A stretch of 23,846 nt of DNA from the NCBI GenBank assembly GCA_017654855.1, contig CM030333.1, positions 5,208,001-5,231,846 of the forward strand. The letters run 5' to 3'. Below are positions 22,954 through 23,846 of the stretch, piece after piece (positions within the stretch are counted from its first letter, which is position 1; every line of letters starts with the position of its first letter). The notes beneath the pieces were generated by a model that was given only the letters and a program-made list of their open reading frames with translations, was not told the DNA's origin and did no database searches. Position numbers and translations under genes: made by a program. This DNA is from Podospora anserina (Eukaryota).

Positions 22954-23846
22954 ATAAACCTTTTTATTTATATCTCCCGCTTTTAAATTTTTATTTATAG
23001 GAAATATAAAGTAATTATTCTTATAAATAAGGTACTTATTTATTTTCGTACGTTTTATAAAGATATTATAGTTATGGATAAACTAAATATTGTATAAAAG
23101 TATAATAATTTACTAGCGGTCTTTCGAAAATAATAAAATTTAATAAACTTTATACTTCCTTTTACGATAATTAATTTAATTTTAAAATTAGGGAAGCCTT
23201 CTTTTAATAAATTAAAGTGCGATACTTATACTTATATTATACGGACTAAAAGGGTAATATAAAAGTATTATTGTACGAGGTACGATTAGGTTAACCCTAA
23301 TATAAAAAAGGGAAATATTAAGGTAGTTTAATAATATTAAGGACCTTAAATAATTAAAATATATTATTAATAGTTTTTTAAAAGCCGGTTAATTATTAAA
23401 TATTTTAAAGTACGATTAATAGAGCCGGTAACCGGAAGTCCTAACCTTATATAATAAATTTAAAAACGAAAAAAATAGTTTATAGTATTTTATTATATAA
23501 TTAATTTAACCTTTTAATAAATATTAATAATTATTATAATAAGTAAAAAATAATTAATTTTAAATCCTTAATTAAATAGGATAGATTAAGTATATTACTT
23601 TAGGTTTTTAAACCGGTAAATTATATATCGTTTAACTTTTTTTAATTTAAACGAGGGATAATTAAACGGTAAAAATTTAATTACTTTTATAGTCCTTTAT
23701 AAAATTTAAGAGAGGATTAATTAAGTTATTACCGATATAATAATAAAATTATCGTTTAATAAAGTTAATTATTTAATTTTATTCGAGATTAATAAAAAAA
23801 TAATTAATTAAAAATCCTTTAAACCTTTTAATAATAATAGCTTAAT
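22954..23846 (+). pseudogene. DUF3505-like C2H2 zinc-finger gene (N-terminus typical of fungal telomere-linked RecQ helicase-like proteins), RIP-inactivated, runs off the window
   Basis: One frame from 22954. Reverting RIP changes gives MNPF.H..RF.I..CRKCK..V...EV..HFRT.H...P..ELGKP....LKCD.C.Y..RT.R.MQKHC.T.HDWVNP..KKG......GPW....HCQQFFKS....YFEV...NPWL.R..W..Y, which matches the DUF3505 (PF12013) motif order. No helicase motifs are visible within the window. Confidence 0.75.

Larger units (their letters stand above)
19082..23846 (+). mobile_element. Element copy E4 (continues beyond the window)
   Basis: Terminus at 19082 and all modules present. Extends past the point (23510) where E2 is cut. 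Confidence 0.85.

Noticed and set aside
23286-23300. TTAGGTTAACCCTAA as a telomere seed or fusion relic
   Set aside because: It lies in frame in the DUF3505-like gene (W-V-N-P-N codons after RIP) and is a single unit only.

Overview
Fungal (filamentous ascomycete-type) genomic DNA crossing a sharp border between a gene region and a repeat block. Bases 1-5900 are about 50% GC and hold three genes: an intron-containing, probable class-3 lipase on the minus strand (runs off the left edge); a two-exon ~935-aa protein with a Cys-rich zinc-finger-like segment, a possible permuted papain-like His/Cys pair and a Gly/Cys tail; and a ~400-aa predicted membrane protein. From about 5990 the DNA is AT-rich with C>T/G>A decay typical of RIP. 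A short patch of TE debris (solo LTR, Fot1/pogo transposase fragment) is followed by same-orientation, variably truncated copies of one large element. Its left terminus (CCCTATCAGTTATTCTCCGATGGATTGTAGTACAATCCGTT) occurs at 6077 (degenerate), 6976, 7555, 14656 and 19082. The element is built as: terminus, 202-bp tandem array, RIP-killed minus-strand DUF3716-like Cys-cluster gene, 24-bp VNTR, GC-rich 137/202-bp array, then a RIP-killed plus-strand DUF3505-like C2H2 gene of the type found at the N-terminus of telomere-linked RecQ helicases. Both element genes are missing from the ORF track and were recovered by manually reversing RIP changes. All domain calls come from motif recognition, not database searches.
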